A DNA stretch of 64,000 nucleotides from an uncultured virus (IMG/VR IMGVR_UViG_3300031857_000150) (Duplodnaviria > Heunggongvirae > Uroviricota > Caudoviricetes), in the IMG/VR virus record IMGVR_UViG_3300031857_000150; one strand, 5' to 3'. The notes beneath the pieces were generated by a model that saw nothing but the letters and a program-made list of their open reading frames with translations, had not been told where the DNA came from and did not search any database. Of this stretch, positions 18,870 to 28,646 are shown in pieces; the first letter of the stretch is position 1; every line of letters begins with the position of its first letter. Both the position numbers and the translations under genes were made by a program.

Positions 18870-19817
18870 TTATCTACCCTCCAATTTCATCATTTCCTGT
18901 ACGTATTTCTCCAACGGCACACCCAGTCGTTTGGCTGTGTTGACTGCCGACTGCGCCACCTTGACTTTTTTTGAGCCAGTGCTGCGCGTTGCAGGAGCCA
19001 CTACAGGGGCGGGTTTCTCGCGCTGGGGTTTTGTTTCCTGCGCGGGGGCTTCGTCCCGATCTACAAAATACTCTGGGAATCGACGACGCATGGTGTCGTC
19101 AACCTTCTTCCAGTACTCGTCAGTGGACGGATATGACGTCCCATACTGACCGACCAACTTCTGATGCAAGCCCAGAGCCAAGCTGGTCATCTCCTCGTCC
19201 TTACCAAACCATTCGTTGCGCTCTTGCCACTCAACGGCCCTTTGGTCAGGACGGGGGACTGGATTTGATGCGGGTTGTACAACAGTTTGCGGCTCATGTC
19301 TAGTCGGAACAAATTCATTTGCCCGCTGTAACTTGAACTGCGCCTGGTTCAAACGCTGCTGCGCCTCAAGCAACTGATCAGCATCGCCAATGTCGTAGGC
19401 TTCTTTGTAAGCCTTCTTGGCCGCTTCCATCTCCAGCTCTGCTGCGTTCTTGACGGTCTCAACAAAGACTTGTTCGCCCTGGTTCAACCGGCCTTTCAGC
19501 GCGTTGTTTTCCTCGATGAGCTTCTGGGCGTAGGCGATAGCCTGCTGCTGTTCACGCAGAGCAGCCTCTTTCTCCCGGCGCTCGTCGTGCCACACCTTCT
19601 TCATCTGCTTCAGGCGCAGCTTGACGTTGTCGGAATACTCTTCCAGCTCGTCGCTGTCTAACTCTTGGACAATCTCCTTTGGCATAGGCTCGCGGCCTCT
19701 GTCCTCCGGCGGGGTATCGTCCTCTATCTCAAACTCAAACTCCTCCGACTGAGCCTCGGCTTTTGTGTCCTCTTGCTCATCTGGGAACTTGAACTCCTCA
19801 CGATCTTGTTCTGCCAT
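18870..19817 (-). CDS. capsid scaffolding protein
   Basis: Acidic N-terminus, coiled coil, W...N.WFG, and C-terminal AKRLGV.LE.Y. Confidence 0.6.
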   Translation of the reverse strand: MAEQDREEFKFPDEQEDTKAEAQSEEFEFEIEDDTPPEDRGREPMPKEIVQELDSDELEEYSDNVKLRLKQMKKVWHDERREKEAALREQQQAIAYAQKLIEENNALKGRLNQGEQVFVETVKNAAELEMEAAKKAYKEAYDIGDADQLLEAQQRLNQAQFKLQRANEFVPTRHEPQTVVQPASNPVPRPDQRAVEWQERNEWFGKDEEMTSLALGLHQKLVGQYGTSYPSTDEYWKKVDDTMRRRFPEYFVDRDEAPAQETKPQREKPAPVVAPATRSTGSKKVKVAQSAVNTAKRLGVPLEKYVQEMMKLEGR

Positions 19818-19831
19818 TTGTTTCTCCTTTG

Positions 19832-20380
19832 TTAACATTCAAACCGATTTCCTTTGGATCGGTTCTCACGTTTTGGCAAGACTTGAAGATTATTTGGCAC
19901 ATGCAAACCAGATACATTTTTGCCGTTAAGTGGAATTTTGTGATCCACCTCGTGGCCTTTGAATATCTGACAAAACATATACATGCCATCAATCTCTGCT
20001 TGATGTCCTGCCGTTAATTGCACTTGACCATTTATGCGTCCTTGCCTGCGACGCACGCGCTCAATCTCCCGAGAACTGTTTGCCGCATAATTTTTTCTGC
20101 GACGTGCAAGAACATGTTCATGGTTTTTTGCCACCCAATCTGCCATCTTCTTGTTGTACTTTTCTCGGTACTTTTTCTGCGTTGCAACAGATCGAGCATT
20201 ACAAATTTCTTTGTTTGCCTTTCTGTATTTATCAACTACAGCTTTGCGCGTAGGACTGTTTCGTTGCATTTCTGCTTTGCACGTTTTGCAATAAACTTGA
20301 TACCCAGTAGCCGCTCTCCGATCTTTATGAAAATCAGATACTAGTTTGTCAACTTTGCAATGCGGGCAAAATTTATGCAC
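19832..20380 (-). CDS. HNH homing endonuclease
   Basis: CxxC/CxxC N-terminus; EVDHKIPL.G..VSGLHVP.NLQVL...NRSK.N; AT-richer than its neighbours. Confidence 0.85.
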   Translation of the reverse strand: MHKFCPHCKVDKLVSDFHKDRRAATGYQVYCKTCKAEMQRNSPTRKAVVDKYRKANKEICNARSVATQKKYREKYNKKMADWVAKNHEHVLARRRKNYAANSSREIERVRRRQGRINGQVQLTAGHQAEIDGMYMFCQIFKGHEVDHKIPLNGKNVSGLHVPNNLQVLPKRENRSKGNRFEC

Positions 20381-20774
20381 GACTCACCCCTCTTGGGTCT
20401 TGCACGACGGCTTCTACACAATCGTCGTTCAGGATTCTGAACTCTTGACCGTGGATCTTTAGCCGCGTGCCAGTGTTAGGACGGGCGAGAATGAAATCCC
20501 CTTCCTTGCACCATGGACCGTTCGGAAACCGCTTCTCATCTTTGTAGCAATCCGGACCCATCTTTAGGACAAAAAAGACAGTAGCCAGTACCTTTTCCTC
20601 GTACATGGTTTGGTCTGCTTTGACGAGACCGCTGTCGAATTTCTCCTCGGCAGGCGGAAGCGCTACTAGGATGTGATATCCAGTCGGCTCCGGCAGTTGC
20701 TTTGCTTTCTCCTCCGCTGTTTCTGGCAACGTTGAAGTCTCGCCATCTTGACTGGCGATCAGTAATTCACTCAT
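20373..20774 (-). CDS. groES: GroES-like co-chaperonin
   Basis: P.GY.ILV...SGL...V.KMGPD.Y...WCKEGD...GTR.KI.G.EFRILNDD.V.AVV. Confidence 0.75.
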   Translation of the reverse strand: MSELLIASQDGETSTLPETAEEKAKQLPEPTGYHILVALPPAEEKFDSGLVKADQTMYEEKVLATVFFVLKMGPDCYKDEKRFPNGPWCKEGDFILARPNTGTRLKIHGQEFRILNDDCVEAVVQDPRGVSRA

Positions 20775-20958
20775 CAGAAAACTCCATTTTTTTTGCAAGG
20801 TCCAAGATAAAACCCTCCGCTAGCGATAGACCTCGGATCTCGCCGCAAAGTTTTTGATAGTCACCGAAGTCCTTGGCCGCGTTGTTAGCCACCGCTTCTA
20901 CTATCTGTTCGCGCTTGTCACGCACCTGTTTGAGGATGATTTCAAACGCCTTTTCCAT
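20767..20958 (-). CDS. hypothetical protein
   Basis: DYQKLCGEIRGL motif; between portal and GroES. Confidence 0.55.
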   Translation of the reverse strand: MEKAFEIILKQVRDKREQIVEAVANNAAKDFGDYQKLCGEIRGLSLAEGFILDLAKKMEFSDE

Positions 20959-20961
20959 GTG

Positions 20962-23424
20962 TTAGCCCTTCTTCTTGGGTGGCTGCGGTCTTTGTAGCTC
21001 CATCCTGTCTTTGGCAATTCTGGAGCCAATGTCGAAACCTTTTGCTTCCATCTCTGCGTCGAGCCTTGCCTTCTCTGCTGCCGCTTTGACGCCAGCCTGA
21101 ACGCCTGCAATCCGCTCCTGAACTTCGAGTCGCGCCCGCTCGATTTCCAATTGATCTTCCTTGGCAGCCGCGTCCATGGCGAGCTTGCGACGCTTGATGT
21201 CCACTTCTGCCGCCTTGAGCTGCAACTCCTGCTGCTGCATCTGAACCAACGGATCCTGCTGCGCTTGCATGGCTTGCTGCTGCGCCATCTCTGCCTGATC
21301 CTTCTGCAACAGTTTGGCCGCCGCTGCTGCCATCATGCGGCTGACCTCGACTTCCATGTCTTCCGGCAACTGCTTGTCCATCTCCGGCAGCGGTACGCCC
21401 AACTGTCTTTCGATTTCGATGCGGTACTGGAAGGCCACATGCTCGTTGATGTGCGCCATCGCAGCAGCCATGATCATCTGCGCTTTCGGGTTCTGACCCA
21501 CAATCATCGCGATCTTCGGATCCTGCATAGCCGCACGGTGTACCGCGATATGCGCTTCGTGATCCTGGTAGATAAACGCCTTGACCGGCTTGCCGTTCAG
21601 GACGTTCATGTTCTCTGTCACTGGGTCACGCGGTTTCAGATCCTCTGCGCTCGGCACCAGCTTGCCGACGTTCTTGATACCCAGTACATCCAACATCTGA
21701 CGGTTCAACTCCACCATGTCATAAATCTGTGGGTTGGCCGCGGCCATCTGCATCACCGCTTGGTACTGCACAACCTTCTGCGCCATCGTGGCCGAGTTTG
21801 GATCGGACACGGGGATCACATCCACGTCGTCGTAGTCAGACTTCTTTGCCCGAGGCGTACCCTCCACCGGGGTGTAGTCGTACTTGTCAGGCGTGTAGTC
21901 GCGGATGATGTCCTTCAGGAGCTTCAACTCCTGCTTCATCGCGTAGTGGATTCGAGCCTGCACCGCCGACATGACTTTCAGCGTGCGCTCAAGGATTGCC
22001 AACGTGGTGCCAACCGGTGAGTTGGCCGACATGTCAGCGATCTTGAGGTCAGCCGCCGCAGCGAATCGGCGTCCTTCCTCAACGATCTGGTTCATCAAGC
22101 CTAGTAGAACTTGGCTTGGCTCTTTGTACGGAAGCGGCAGAATATTGTCGCGGATCGTTCCGGCGGCAACGTCCACATCTCTGAACTCGCCGGGAGCAAT
22201 TGGAGTGTCATCTCCTTTGACCCGCATACCTTTGGTTTTGAGACCTCCCGGCAGATTCGATAGAGTCCCAGCATCAACAAGCTGACGAATAATAGAAGTA
22301 CCAGACTTAGCGAAAGCACCGATAAGATGAATAAGGCCGAAGGCATAGAAGCCAAAGCCGGGGATATATGGGTAGTGAACAAAGTGATTCCTCTTCTGAT
22401 ACGTATCGTCGTCTGGGCGCCAGTTACGTCTGATAGCCAAAATCTCTTGTGAGGTTTTTTCGATAGTTATAATGTATGGCAGGCCGATCTCTGTCTTCTC
22501 GCCGTCTTCGTCCGTATCTTCGAAGCCCGGCAGATCCAGATACACCTGCATTTCCAGCAATTTGTAGCGGTCATCCGACGTTGCGCGGAAACCCATCTTC
22601 TCGGCAATCTCGCGCTCGATATCGTCCAGCGCATTCTCTGGTTCCGGCAGGTCAATGTCCCGATAGAAGCCAGCAGCCATCAGTCGGCGCAGTTCGTTCT
22701 TCGTCTTGCGCATGACATGCGTCACACGGGGCGAAGATTCCAGATTGCTCGCCCCGTACGGCACCACCACATCTTCTGCCGGTACGAAGATCGACACCTG
22801 CCGCCCCAGGGACGGGTCGAAGTACACCTTCTTGAACGCATTACCCGCCAGACCCAAGCCCCACAACATGCGCTCGTGCTCAGGCCGGTACTCAGTCATC
22901 ACTTCCGTGAGCTGGTAGTTCATATCGTCCCGAACACGCTCCGCCGAATCCTTCTTCTGCGGGGTTTCCTTGCCGATGATCTTGGTTTTAACTGGACCCG
23001 AAGCCGGAAAGGTCTCCATGATCGTCTCGGCTTGGAACTTAACAAGCGCCTCAGATAGAAGGGGATGGTAGACGCCGCAGGCTCCTTCCCATGGCTCCGA
23101 TCTTTCCTCGATCTTCATGCCGAGCAGCTCTAGGCCGTCGACATACGTCTTCATCCAGTCCTTGCGGGCGTCGATATCGTCCTGAAAGTCACCGAGCAGG
23201 TCGCCAGCTAGCGATTGCAGCTCTTTCTCGTCCATCTGCTCGGCCAAGTTGGCGGCGAAATCGTCTTCGTCCTCCTCCTTTTCTATCTTTAGTTCCAGAT
23301 CGCCGATCCCGATGGACACTGCCTCTGGATCCTCGATCTCGATCTCTATCGGCTCCGCTTCCATCACGTCCTCACCGATTCCGGCAGGTAGTTGGTACAG
23401 CGCCTTGTCAATATTTGTCGCCAT
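20962..23424 (-). CDS. portal protein
   Basis: 820 aa directly after TerL; PWEGA.GV.HP.L.E...FKKVYFD...GFY.FGL; Gln-rich C-terminal barrel. Confidence 0.85.
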   Translation of the reverse strand: MATNIDKALYQLPAGIGEDVMEAEPIEIEIEDPEAVSIGIGDLELKIEKEEDEDDFAANLAEQMDEKELQSLAGDLLGDFQDDIDARKDWMKTYVDGLELLGMKIEERSEPWEGACGVYHPLLSEALVKFQAETIMETFPASGPVKTKIIGKETPQKKDSAERVRDDMNYQLTEVMTEYRPEHERMLWGLGLAGNAFKKVYFDPSLGRQVSIFVPAEDVVVPYGASNLESSPRVTHVMRKTKNELRRLMAAGFYRDIDLPEPENALDDIEREIAEKMGFRATSDDRYKLLEMQVYLDLPGFEDTDEDGEKTEIGLPYIITIEKTSQEILAIRRNWRPDDDTYQKRNHFVHYPYIPGFGFYAFGLIHLIGAFAKSGTSIIRQLVDAGTLSNLPGGLKTKGMRVKGDDTPIAPGEFRDVDVAAGTIRDNILPLPYKEPSQVLLGLMNQIVEEGRRFAAAADLKIADMSANSPVGTTLAILERTLKVMSAVQARIHYAMKQELKLLKDIIRDYTPDKYDYTPVEGTPRAKKSDYDDVDVIPVSDPNSATMAQKVVQYQAVMQMAAANPQIYDMVELNRQMLDVLGIKNVGKLVPSAEDLKPRDPVTENMNVLNGKPVKAFIYQDHEAHIAVHRAAMQDPKIAMIVGQNPKAQMIMAAAMAHINEHVAFQYRIEIERQLGVPLPEMDKQLPEDMEVEVSRMMAAAAAKLLQKDQAEMAQQQAMQAQQDPLVQMQQQELQLKAAEVDIKRRKLAMDAAAKEDQLEIERARLEVQERIAGVQAGVKAAAEKARLDAEMEAKGFDIGSRIAKDRMELQRPQPPKKKG

Positions 23425-23433
23425 GATTAGTCC

Positions 23434-24909
23434 TTAGTAGTAATTCCGTCTGCGGCGCAGGTCTAACGGCTCATCTTCCTCATCAGAACCCAGCCGCAGG
23501 AAGCCGCCCTGCCTAAATCGCATCAACGCCTGTACGCCCGAGTCCACCAAGTCGTCGTGCTCGGCGTTCGGGAACCTGGCAAACTCTTCAATCACGTCTT
23601 CCGCCCAGCGTTTGTCGGGCGCCCACACTTTACCGGAAGAAAATAGGTCTGTAACGCTGTTCAGACGCACGAACTTGTCGTTGCCACGGGTCGGCGTGAA
23701 GTCCTGAACCATCACACCCATACGCCGTAACTCAAATATCAGCGGTGCCCCCGCCGCTTTCGCTTCAATAATGCAAGCATCAGGTTCCCAGTCGTCGTAC
23801 ATCTCCTTTGCCTTCTGTTTCAGGTCAGGAAACTCCACTTTTCCCTTCCACGCGTCCAGCAAAATGATGTTCACATCGTTCTCATCCTCGTCTTTGTGGA
23901 AAACACCCCATGTCGTACACGCAGAATAGTCACTCCGCTGGTTTTTTGTGTACGCCGTGTCCCAACTTTGGATGATAAATTCGCACGCAGGCGCTCGATC
24001 CCCCTCCCACAGCCGCCACCAGTCCCGTTTTACCAGCGCACCCTCTTCACCCGTGGGCTTTTGCTGGTACTGGGCGTTCCATTTATAGGCGGGAAGCTCC
24101 TCTTTCAGTGCCAACAGCTCATCCACCGGCCAGAATTCAGGCCACAGGCTGTTCCCCGACGGCAAAATCGCTGGAAACTCGATCACTTCCCACTCTGTCG
24201 CGTCTGATTTCAACACCCGGCCAGTCAGATCCTTGTCCGACCAGCGTGTCATCACCACCACAATCGCCCCACCCGGCTGTAAACGCTGCCGTGGACCCGA
24301 CGTATACCATTCATACACACTGTCAAACACACCCGGATCACCCTGCGCGAGCCTGGCTTCCTGTTCCGAGTGCGGGTCATCAATAATCAGCAGATCCGCA
24401 CCCTTACCCGTCACCGTACCACCCACACCAATAGCGAAATAGTCACCACCGTGACTCGTCGCCCAGCGGCCCGCCGCCTTGGAGTCCGCCCGTAAGCCTA
24501 CGTTCGGGAACACTTTTGCATAATGATCGCTGTCCACCAAGTTCCTGACCTTCCGGCCAAACCCCACCGCCAGTTCAGCCGTGTTCGACGTCTGGATTAC
24601 CTTCTTATCTGGGTGCCGCCCCAGATACCACGCGGGTAGCAGGTAACTTGCAAACTCACTTTTGGTGTGTCGCGGCGGCATGTTGATTATCAGCCGCTTC
24701 AACTTCCCCTCCGCGATCTCCTCGAACTTCTTTGCCATGATGGCGTGATGCCTGCCATGTATAAACCCCGGCCACATCTCTTTCACGAACGACATAAACT
24801 TACCCTGCGCCCGCTCCCGCACGACCGCATCCCGGTACTGCCCCACCTGCTCCAGCAACTTCTCCTGCTCAACCGGCGGTAACTTCCCTATCAGCTCACT
24901 CAAGTCCAC
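23434..24909 (-). CDS. terL: terminase large subunit
   Basis: MPPRHTKS (Walker A), LLIIDDP (Walker B), MTRW, QSWDTA and HDDLVDS nuclease motifs. Confidence 0.95.
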   Translation of the reverse strand: MDLSELIGKLPPVEQEKLLEQVGQYRDAVVRERAQGKFMSFVKEMWPGFIHGRHHAIMAKKFEEIAEGKLKRLIINMPPRHTKSEFASYLLPAWYLGRHPDKKVIQTSNTAELAVGFGRKVRNLVDSDHYAKVFPNVGLRADSKAAGRWATSHGGDYFAIGVGGTVTGKGADLLIIDDPHSEQEARLAQGDPGVFDSVYEWYTSGPRQRLQPGGAIVVVMTRWSDKDLTGRVLKSDATEWEVIEFPAILPSGNSLWPEFWPVDELLALKEELPAYKWNAQYQQKPTGEEGALVKRDWWRLWEGDRAPACEFIIQSWDTAYTKNQRSDYSACTTWGVFHKDEDENDVNIILLDAWKGKVEFPDLKQKAKEMYDDWEPDACIIEAKAAGAPLIFELRRMGVMVQDFTPTRGNDKFVRLNSVTDLFSSGKVWAPDKRWAEDVIEEFARFPNAEHDDLVDSGVQALMRFRQGGFLRLGSDEEDEPLDLRRRRNYY

Positions 24910-25106
24910 GGACTATTCGCCCTCTCTCGCATCGCCACTATAGAAAGACTCTCCTGCCGCACAGGCTTGTCCAGCCGCTTCTGCATCCGCGCCAGCGTCG
25001 GATATATCGACACCGGCCTGTAATACTTCCGACCCGCCTTCTGCTCCCGGTACACCTGGTACAACAACCGGAACGCCTCCAACATCAACTCCTCGTCGTA
25101 ACTCAT
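24900..25106 (-). CDS. hypothetical protein
   Basis: Translationally coupled to both neighbours. Confidence 0.45.
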   Translation of the reverse strand: MSYDEELMLEAFRLLYQVYREQKAGRKYYRPVSIYPTLARMQKRLDKPVRQESLSIVAMRERANSPWT

Positions 25107-25432
25107 TCCAGCGTCCTAAAGTTGATATACACCGGCCTCACACTCCGCTGCCCGCGCGTCACCTTCTTCACCACCCCCAACTTCACCAACCGCTTAATAA
25201 TCTCGTGCGTATTCCCCATCCCACCCTTGCCACGTATCTCACATATATCCCGGATCGACGGCCCAAACCCATACTTCTTCCACCACTCATCCACTATCAA
25301 AAACACTTCCTTCTGCGCCGCCGTCATACCAACCTCCATACATTCCGCAAACGTCATCTCCCGACGCCTCGCTACCATCTCCCTATTTATCTCCACCGCT
25401 CTTGGCAACGTTGCCATGAAGGACTTGTTCAT
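25103..25432 (-). CDS. LexA-type winged-HTH DNA-binding protein
   Basis: MT..QKEV...I..WW..YGFGPSIRDI...H.IIKRLVKLG.V...RSVR. Confidence 0.7.
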   Translation of the reverse strand: MNKSFMATLPRAVEINREMVARRREMTFAECMEVGMTAAQKEVFLIVDEWWKKYGFGPSIRDICEIRGKGGMGNTHEIIKRLVKLGVVKKVTRGQRSVRPVYINFRTLE

Positions 25433-26157
25433 TTGGCAAGATCACCATTTTCTCCAGAAATATCCCCCTGGGGGGTATGCGTTCCTGAAGGTGACGGGGG
25501 GTCTTCCGATAAATGGGGGGAGGGTTCGAGTTGATTAGTATGTATATGCGAGCCGGAGTCCCATTCTGGCGCGGCGGGGGTGGCCCCAGGGTGGGGTTCG
25601 GGGCCGGACAATTCTTCCAACAGCGAATCCGCATCAACGTCGACCACATCAGCCGAGCCGAGCATCATAGTCTTGAGCTGATCGAGTATCTGCGAACGTA
25701 TCGCGCCGCTATCTTTAATGTGTGTGATTTCCTTGCGCTCGGTGAATGCCGCGACCTCGGTTACTTGCCCCAATACTTTTGCCGCTTGTATGCGCGTTGC
25801 CGGTTTAGTTTCCGGATCAATGAGTGCCTGAGTGAGCGAGGAAATTACAAGCGAGCGCAAAGCTTCAGCGGTATGCAACGCAGCCACCTGTTTAGCCTGT
25901 TCCAGCGCGACTATTTCCATTTGGATTCTGCTATCAGCCTTAAGCCTACTAGCATTGTTCCCGATGGTCTTGGATGTTCCCTTGTCGCTGTACGCTTGCC
26001 GGTAACTATCCGCACCGGTTAAACCCTCCAGGACAATACCCTCAGCGAACTTCTTCTGTTTAGCTGTTAGTCCTGTCTTACCTAATCTAATGGCAGATTC
26101 AATACCCTTACTCTGTATTGTTTCCCTTACTTGTTCTCTTATGGCTTTTCTACTCAT
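25429..26157 (-). CDS. terS: terminase small subunit
   Basis: LTAKQKKF...ADSYRQAY...ASRL HTH pattern; upstream of TerL. Confidence 0.7.
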   Translation of the reverse strand: MSRKAIREQVRETIQSKGIESAIRLGKTGLTAKQKKFAEGIVLEGLTGADSYRQAYSDKGTSKTIGNNASRLKADSRIQMEIVALEQAKQVAALHTAEALRSLVISSLTQALIDPETKPATRIQAAKVLGQVTEVAAFTERKEITHIKDSGAIRSQILDQLKTMMLGSADVVDVDADSLLEELSGPEPHPGATPAAPEWDSGSHIHTNQLEPSPHLSEDPPSPSGTHTPQGDISGENGDLAK

Positions 26158-26323
26158 GGCCTGATGTTCGCTTTGCTCACTTACTCGCCGCCGCTTATCG
26201 TGTTGTCACAATGACAACCGCGCTCGGCATTACATGGCCGCACTATAGGGGAACAAATACAGAAAATCAATCGACACCGCTAAACCGATCAATAAATACC
26301 ATTAAATGATGCAATACATACCC

Positions 26324-26351
26324 TTGACAAATGCATTGCATGGTCTAATAT
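26324..26351 (+). promoter_or_regulatory. sigma70-like early promoter
   Basis: TTGACA-16 nt-TAATAT, with an AT-rich upstream region, ahead of the early gene array. Confidence 0.55.
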
Positions 26352-26398
26352 CACTCCCATGCGCTGCACCCCGCAACGCTTACTTGGAGACTCTCACC

Positions 26399-26650
26399 AT
26401 GACATACCGCTTTATTACCGACCCTGGACATGGCTGGTTAGAAGTACCACGCGCCGAACTCGACGCGCTTGGAATCCGTCATTCGATCAGCAGCTATTCA
26501 TATCAGCGCGACGACATGGTGTACCTGGAAGAGGACTGCGATTTTTCCCGCTTTGCAGCCGCTAAAGCCGCCCGCGCCGAGCCTGTCCAGTACACCGAGT
26601 TGTACCAAGAAAATACTTTTGTTCGCAACCTGCCACGCTTTCAACCATAA
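26399..26650 (+). CDS. early hypothetical protein
   Basis: GGAG RBS; DPGHGWL...YLEEDCD motif. Confidence 0.7.
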   Translation: MTYRFITDPGHGWLEVPRAELDALGIRHSISSYSYQRDDMVYLEEDCDFSRFAAAKAARAEPVQYTELYQENTFVRNLPRFQP

Positions 26651-26661
26651 GGAAACCGACC

Positions 26662-26991
26662 ATGAAAGACTATCTCACTATCGGAACTGTACCCACCGAC
26701 GAGGACTGCACCCAGAACGAGCCGACCGGACAGTACGCGACCGCGCAACGCCGCGAAGCAAGACTATTCGCCGAACAAGTGCGCCGCCACTATCCCGAGC
26801 CCGATGCAGGTTATATGACCGTCAAATCGTTTCCGCACGACTTCGGCAGCTACTACGAAGCTTGCGCGGTTTTTGATGATGAGAACGAAGCCGCTTGCGA
26901 CTGGGCATATACCGTTGAAGCCGACCCGCTTGGCGTGCTGCGCGAATGGGATGCAGAAGCCCGCGCAGCACTATCACTCGAAACCGCTTGA
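26662..26991 (+). CDS. early hypothetical protein
   Basis: TAAGGA RBS; HDFGSYYE motif. Confidence 0.65.
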   Translation: MKDYLTIGTVPTDEDCTQNEPTGQYATAQRREARLFAEQVRRHYPEPDAGYMTVKSFPHDFGSYYEACAVFDDENEAACDWAYTVEADPLGVLREWDAEARAALSLETA

Positions 26992-26999
26992 CCCGACCC

Positions 27000-27020
27000 G
27001 CCCGCTTCGGCGGGCATTTT
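27000..27020 (+). terminator. Rho-independent terminator-like hairpin
   Basis: GCCCGC-TTCG-GCGGGC-ATTTT. Confidence 0.7.
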
Positions 27021-27035
27021 CTGGAGCCTGGACCT

Positions 27036-27209
27036 ATGACTACATTTTTTCGCGACTACGACAAGGCCGAGCAAATCCGCAACGCCAACGCCGCCGCCGA
27101 CCCTGACTGGCAATACACCCTGCACGCTGTACCAGTCCGCAACGGAACCCGCCAAGCCTGGATTATTGAAATCCGCGACGAGGAAAAAACCCTTGTCGGC
27201 ACTCTATAA
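27036..27209 (+). CDS. early hypothetical protein
   Basis: GGAGCCTGGACCT-ATG; begins MTTFFRDY. Confidence 0.6.
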   Translation: MTTFFRDYDKAEQIRNANAAADPDWQYTLHAVPVRNGTRQAWIIEIRDEEKTLVGTL

Positions 27210-27221
27210 GGAACCTGGACC

Positions 27222-27305
27222 ATGCAAACACTCGCCGAACTCATAGCCGGATTCATTGGCTTTTTGATAATGTGGGCTTTTCTTTTTGCTTTGCTTTCAT
27301 TCTGA
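27222..27305 (+). CDS. 27-aa single-TM peptide
   Basis: Not in the ORF track. MQTLAELIAGFIGFLIMWAFLFALLSF* after AAGGAACCTGGACC. Confidence 0.55.
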   Translation: MQTLAELIAGFIGFLIMWAFLFALLSF

Positions 27306-27317
27306 GGAGTTACCGCC

Positions 27318-27602
27318 ATGCCACTACTAAACGACCACTATGAACTGACACTCGCCGGACATTGGCTGCCCGCGCTGATTAACAGCGACGAAACCGGATT
27401 ATCCGATCAGGATTCCGCAGACCTAGCCGCTTTTATGCGCCAATACAACCGCTTGCCAGATATGACAATCGAGATTGTCGACGATGAATCTAGCTTCGCC
27501 GTTGACGCTGTTTCCGACCTGCACGCCGACTGCTACACCGTTCGGTTTCATTTCACTAACCACGCGCTCACCCCGCAGCAGCAACCCCTAGACCTGAACT
27601 AA
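27318..27602 (+). CDS. early hypothetical protein
   Basis: GAGGAG RBS; WLPALIN.D.TGL motif. Confidence 0.65.
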   Translation: MPLLNDHYELTLAGHWLPALINSDETGLSDQDSADLAAFMRQYNRLPDMTIEIVDDESSFAVDAVSDLHADCYTVRFHFTNHALTPQQQPLDLN

Positions 27603-27614
27603 TGGAGCCCGACC

Positions 27615-27932
27615 ATGAAAACCACGCTATCGGTTTATGACTTCCGCGATGCTTTCCACCGCTGCGGCAGAGGAAATCAATTTTCTTATGACGCGCTCGG
27701 CATTATTTACGATTGGCTAGAGGACAAAGACCCTGATTTTGAACTCGACGTTTTCGCCCTTTGTTGCGACCTGGCAGAGGATGAGCCGCGCGGCATCGCC
27801 GAGGATTATTCAATCGACGTAAGCGGTATGGATGACGAGAAAACCGAAACCGAGGTTTTAAGTTACTTGTACGACCAGACCACCGTTTTAGGTCGAACCC
27901 AAGCCGGAACAATAATTTACGTTCAATTCTGA
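27615..27932 (+). CDS. early hypothetical protein
   Basis: GGAG RBS; F..AF...GR.NQFSY.AL...ELDV.A.CC. Confidence 0.65.
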   Translation: MKTTLSVYDFRDAFHRCGRGNQFSYDALGIIYDWLEDKDPDFELDVFALCCDLAEDEPRGIAEDYSIDVSGMDDEKTETEVLSYLYDQTTVLGRTQAGTIIYVQF

Positions 27933-27945
27933 TGGAGTTATCAAT

Positions 27946-28146
27946 ATGAAAATTACTATTCGCGCCGACAAAAACTATGGGGTTCTCACTTACTACCCCG
28001 CTTGCCCTGCCGCCGAGATATTCGCCCGCATAGCCGGAACCAAGACGCTAACGACTCACACCCTGCGCGACATCGACGCGCTCGGCTACGAGATAGAGAT
28101 CAAGCAAACCACCCCGCGCACATTCAGCGCACTAGCCGCCGCCTAA
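27946..28146 (+). CDS. early hypothetical protein
   Basis: GGAG RBS; YG...YYP.C..A..FA.IAGTKTLT. Confidence 0.65.
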   Translation: MKITIRADKNYGVLTYYPACPAAEIFARIAGTKTLTTHTLRDIDALGYEIEIKQTTPRTFSALAAA

Positions 28147-28160
28147 TAGGAGATCAGACG

Positions 28161-28451
28161 ATGAAACCGTGGATGCAATTTAATGACATCGTTTCCGCTT
28201 GCGCTGAAGCCGGACAGAAAACCGCGCAGGAACAAGCAAACCGAGGAAACCTAGAGCCGCTTTATTTGTACTTCAAACCTAGCACCGCCGACCAGAACGG
28301 ACAGCTTTTGCTTGTGCCGGATTCAGAAAAGCCGCCCGCAGGATTCGAGCTTGCGACAGGCGAAGGCCTGAAATGTAACGTCGAATTTTCCCGCTACTGG
28401 GTTTGGATACGAGAACGCTCAACCCGCTTGCCAATACTTGCTTGGAATTGA
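28161..28451 (+). CDS. cassette gene 1, hypothetical
   Basis: Starts at a repeat copy; begins MKPWMQF. Confidence 0.65.
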   Translation: MKPWMQFNDIVSACAEAGQKTAQEQANRGNLEPLYLYFKPSTADQNGQLLLVPDSEKPPAGFELATGEGLKCNVEFSRYWVWIRERSTRLPILAWN

Positions 28452-28465
28452 TAGGAGATCAGACG

Positions 28466-28633
28466 ATGAAACTGAAATTCAACGAATACGGCTGGATTAA
28501 ATGCTTCGAGATGGTAGCTGACGGGCAAGGCGGGCATTTTATCTGGCGCAGATTTGATACCAAAGCCGCCGCCCTGCGATGGGTGCGAGAAAACCCTGAA
28601 ATGCGGGCAGTTTGCGCCGAGTGCCAACAATAG
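28466..28633 (+). CDS. cassette gene 2, hypothetical
   Basis: Starts at a repeat copy; its stop lies in the next repeat. Confidence 0.6.
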   Translation: MKLKFNEYGWIKCFEMVADGQGGHFIWRRFDTKAAALRWVRENPEMRAVCAECQQ

Positions 28634-28646
28634 GAGATCAGACGAT

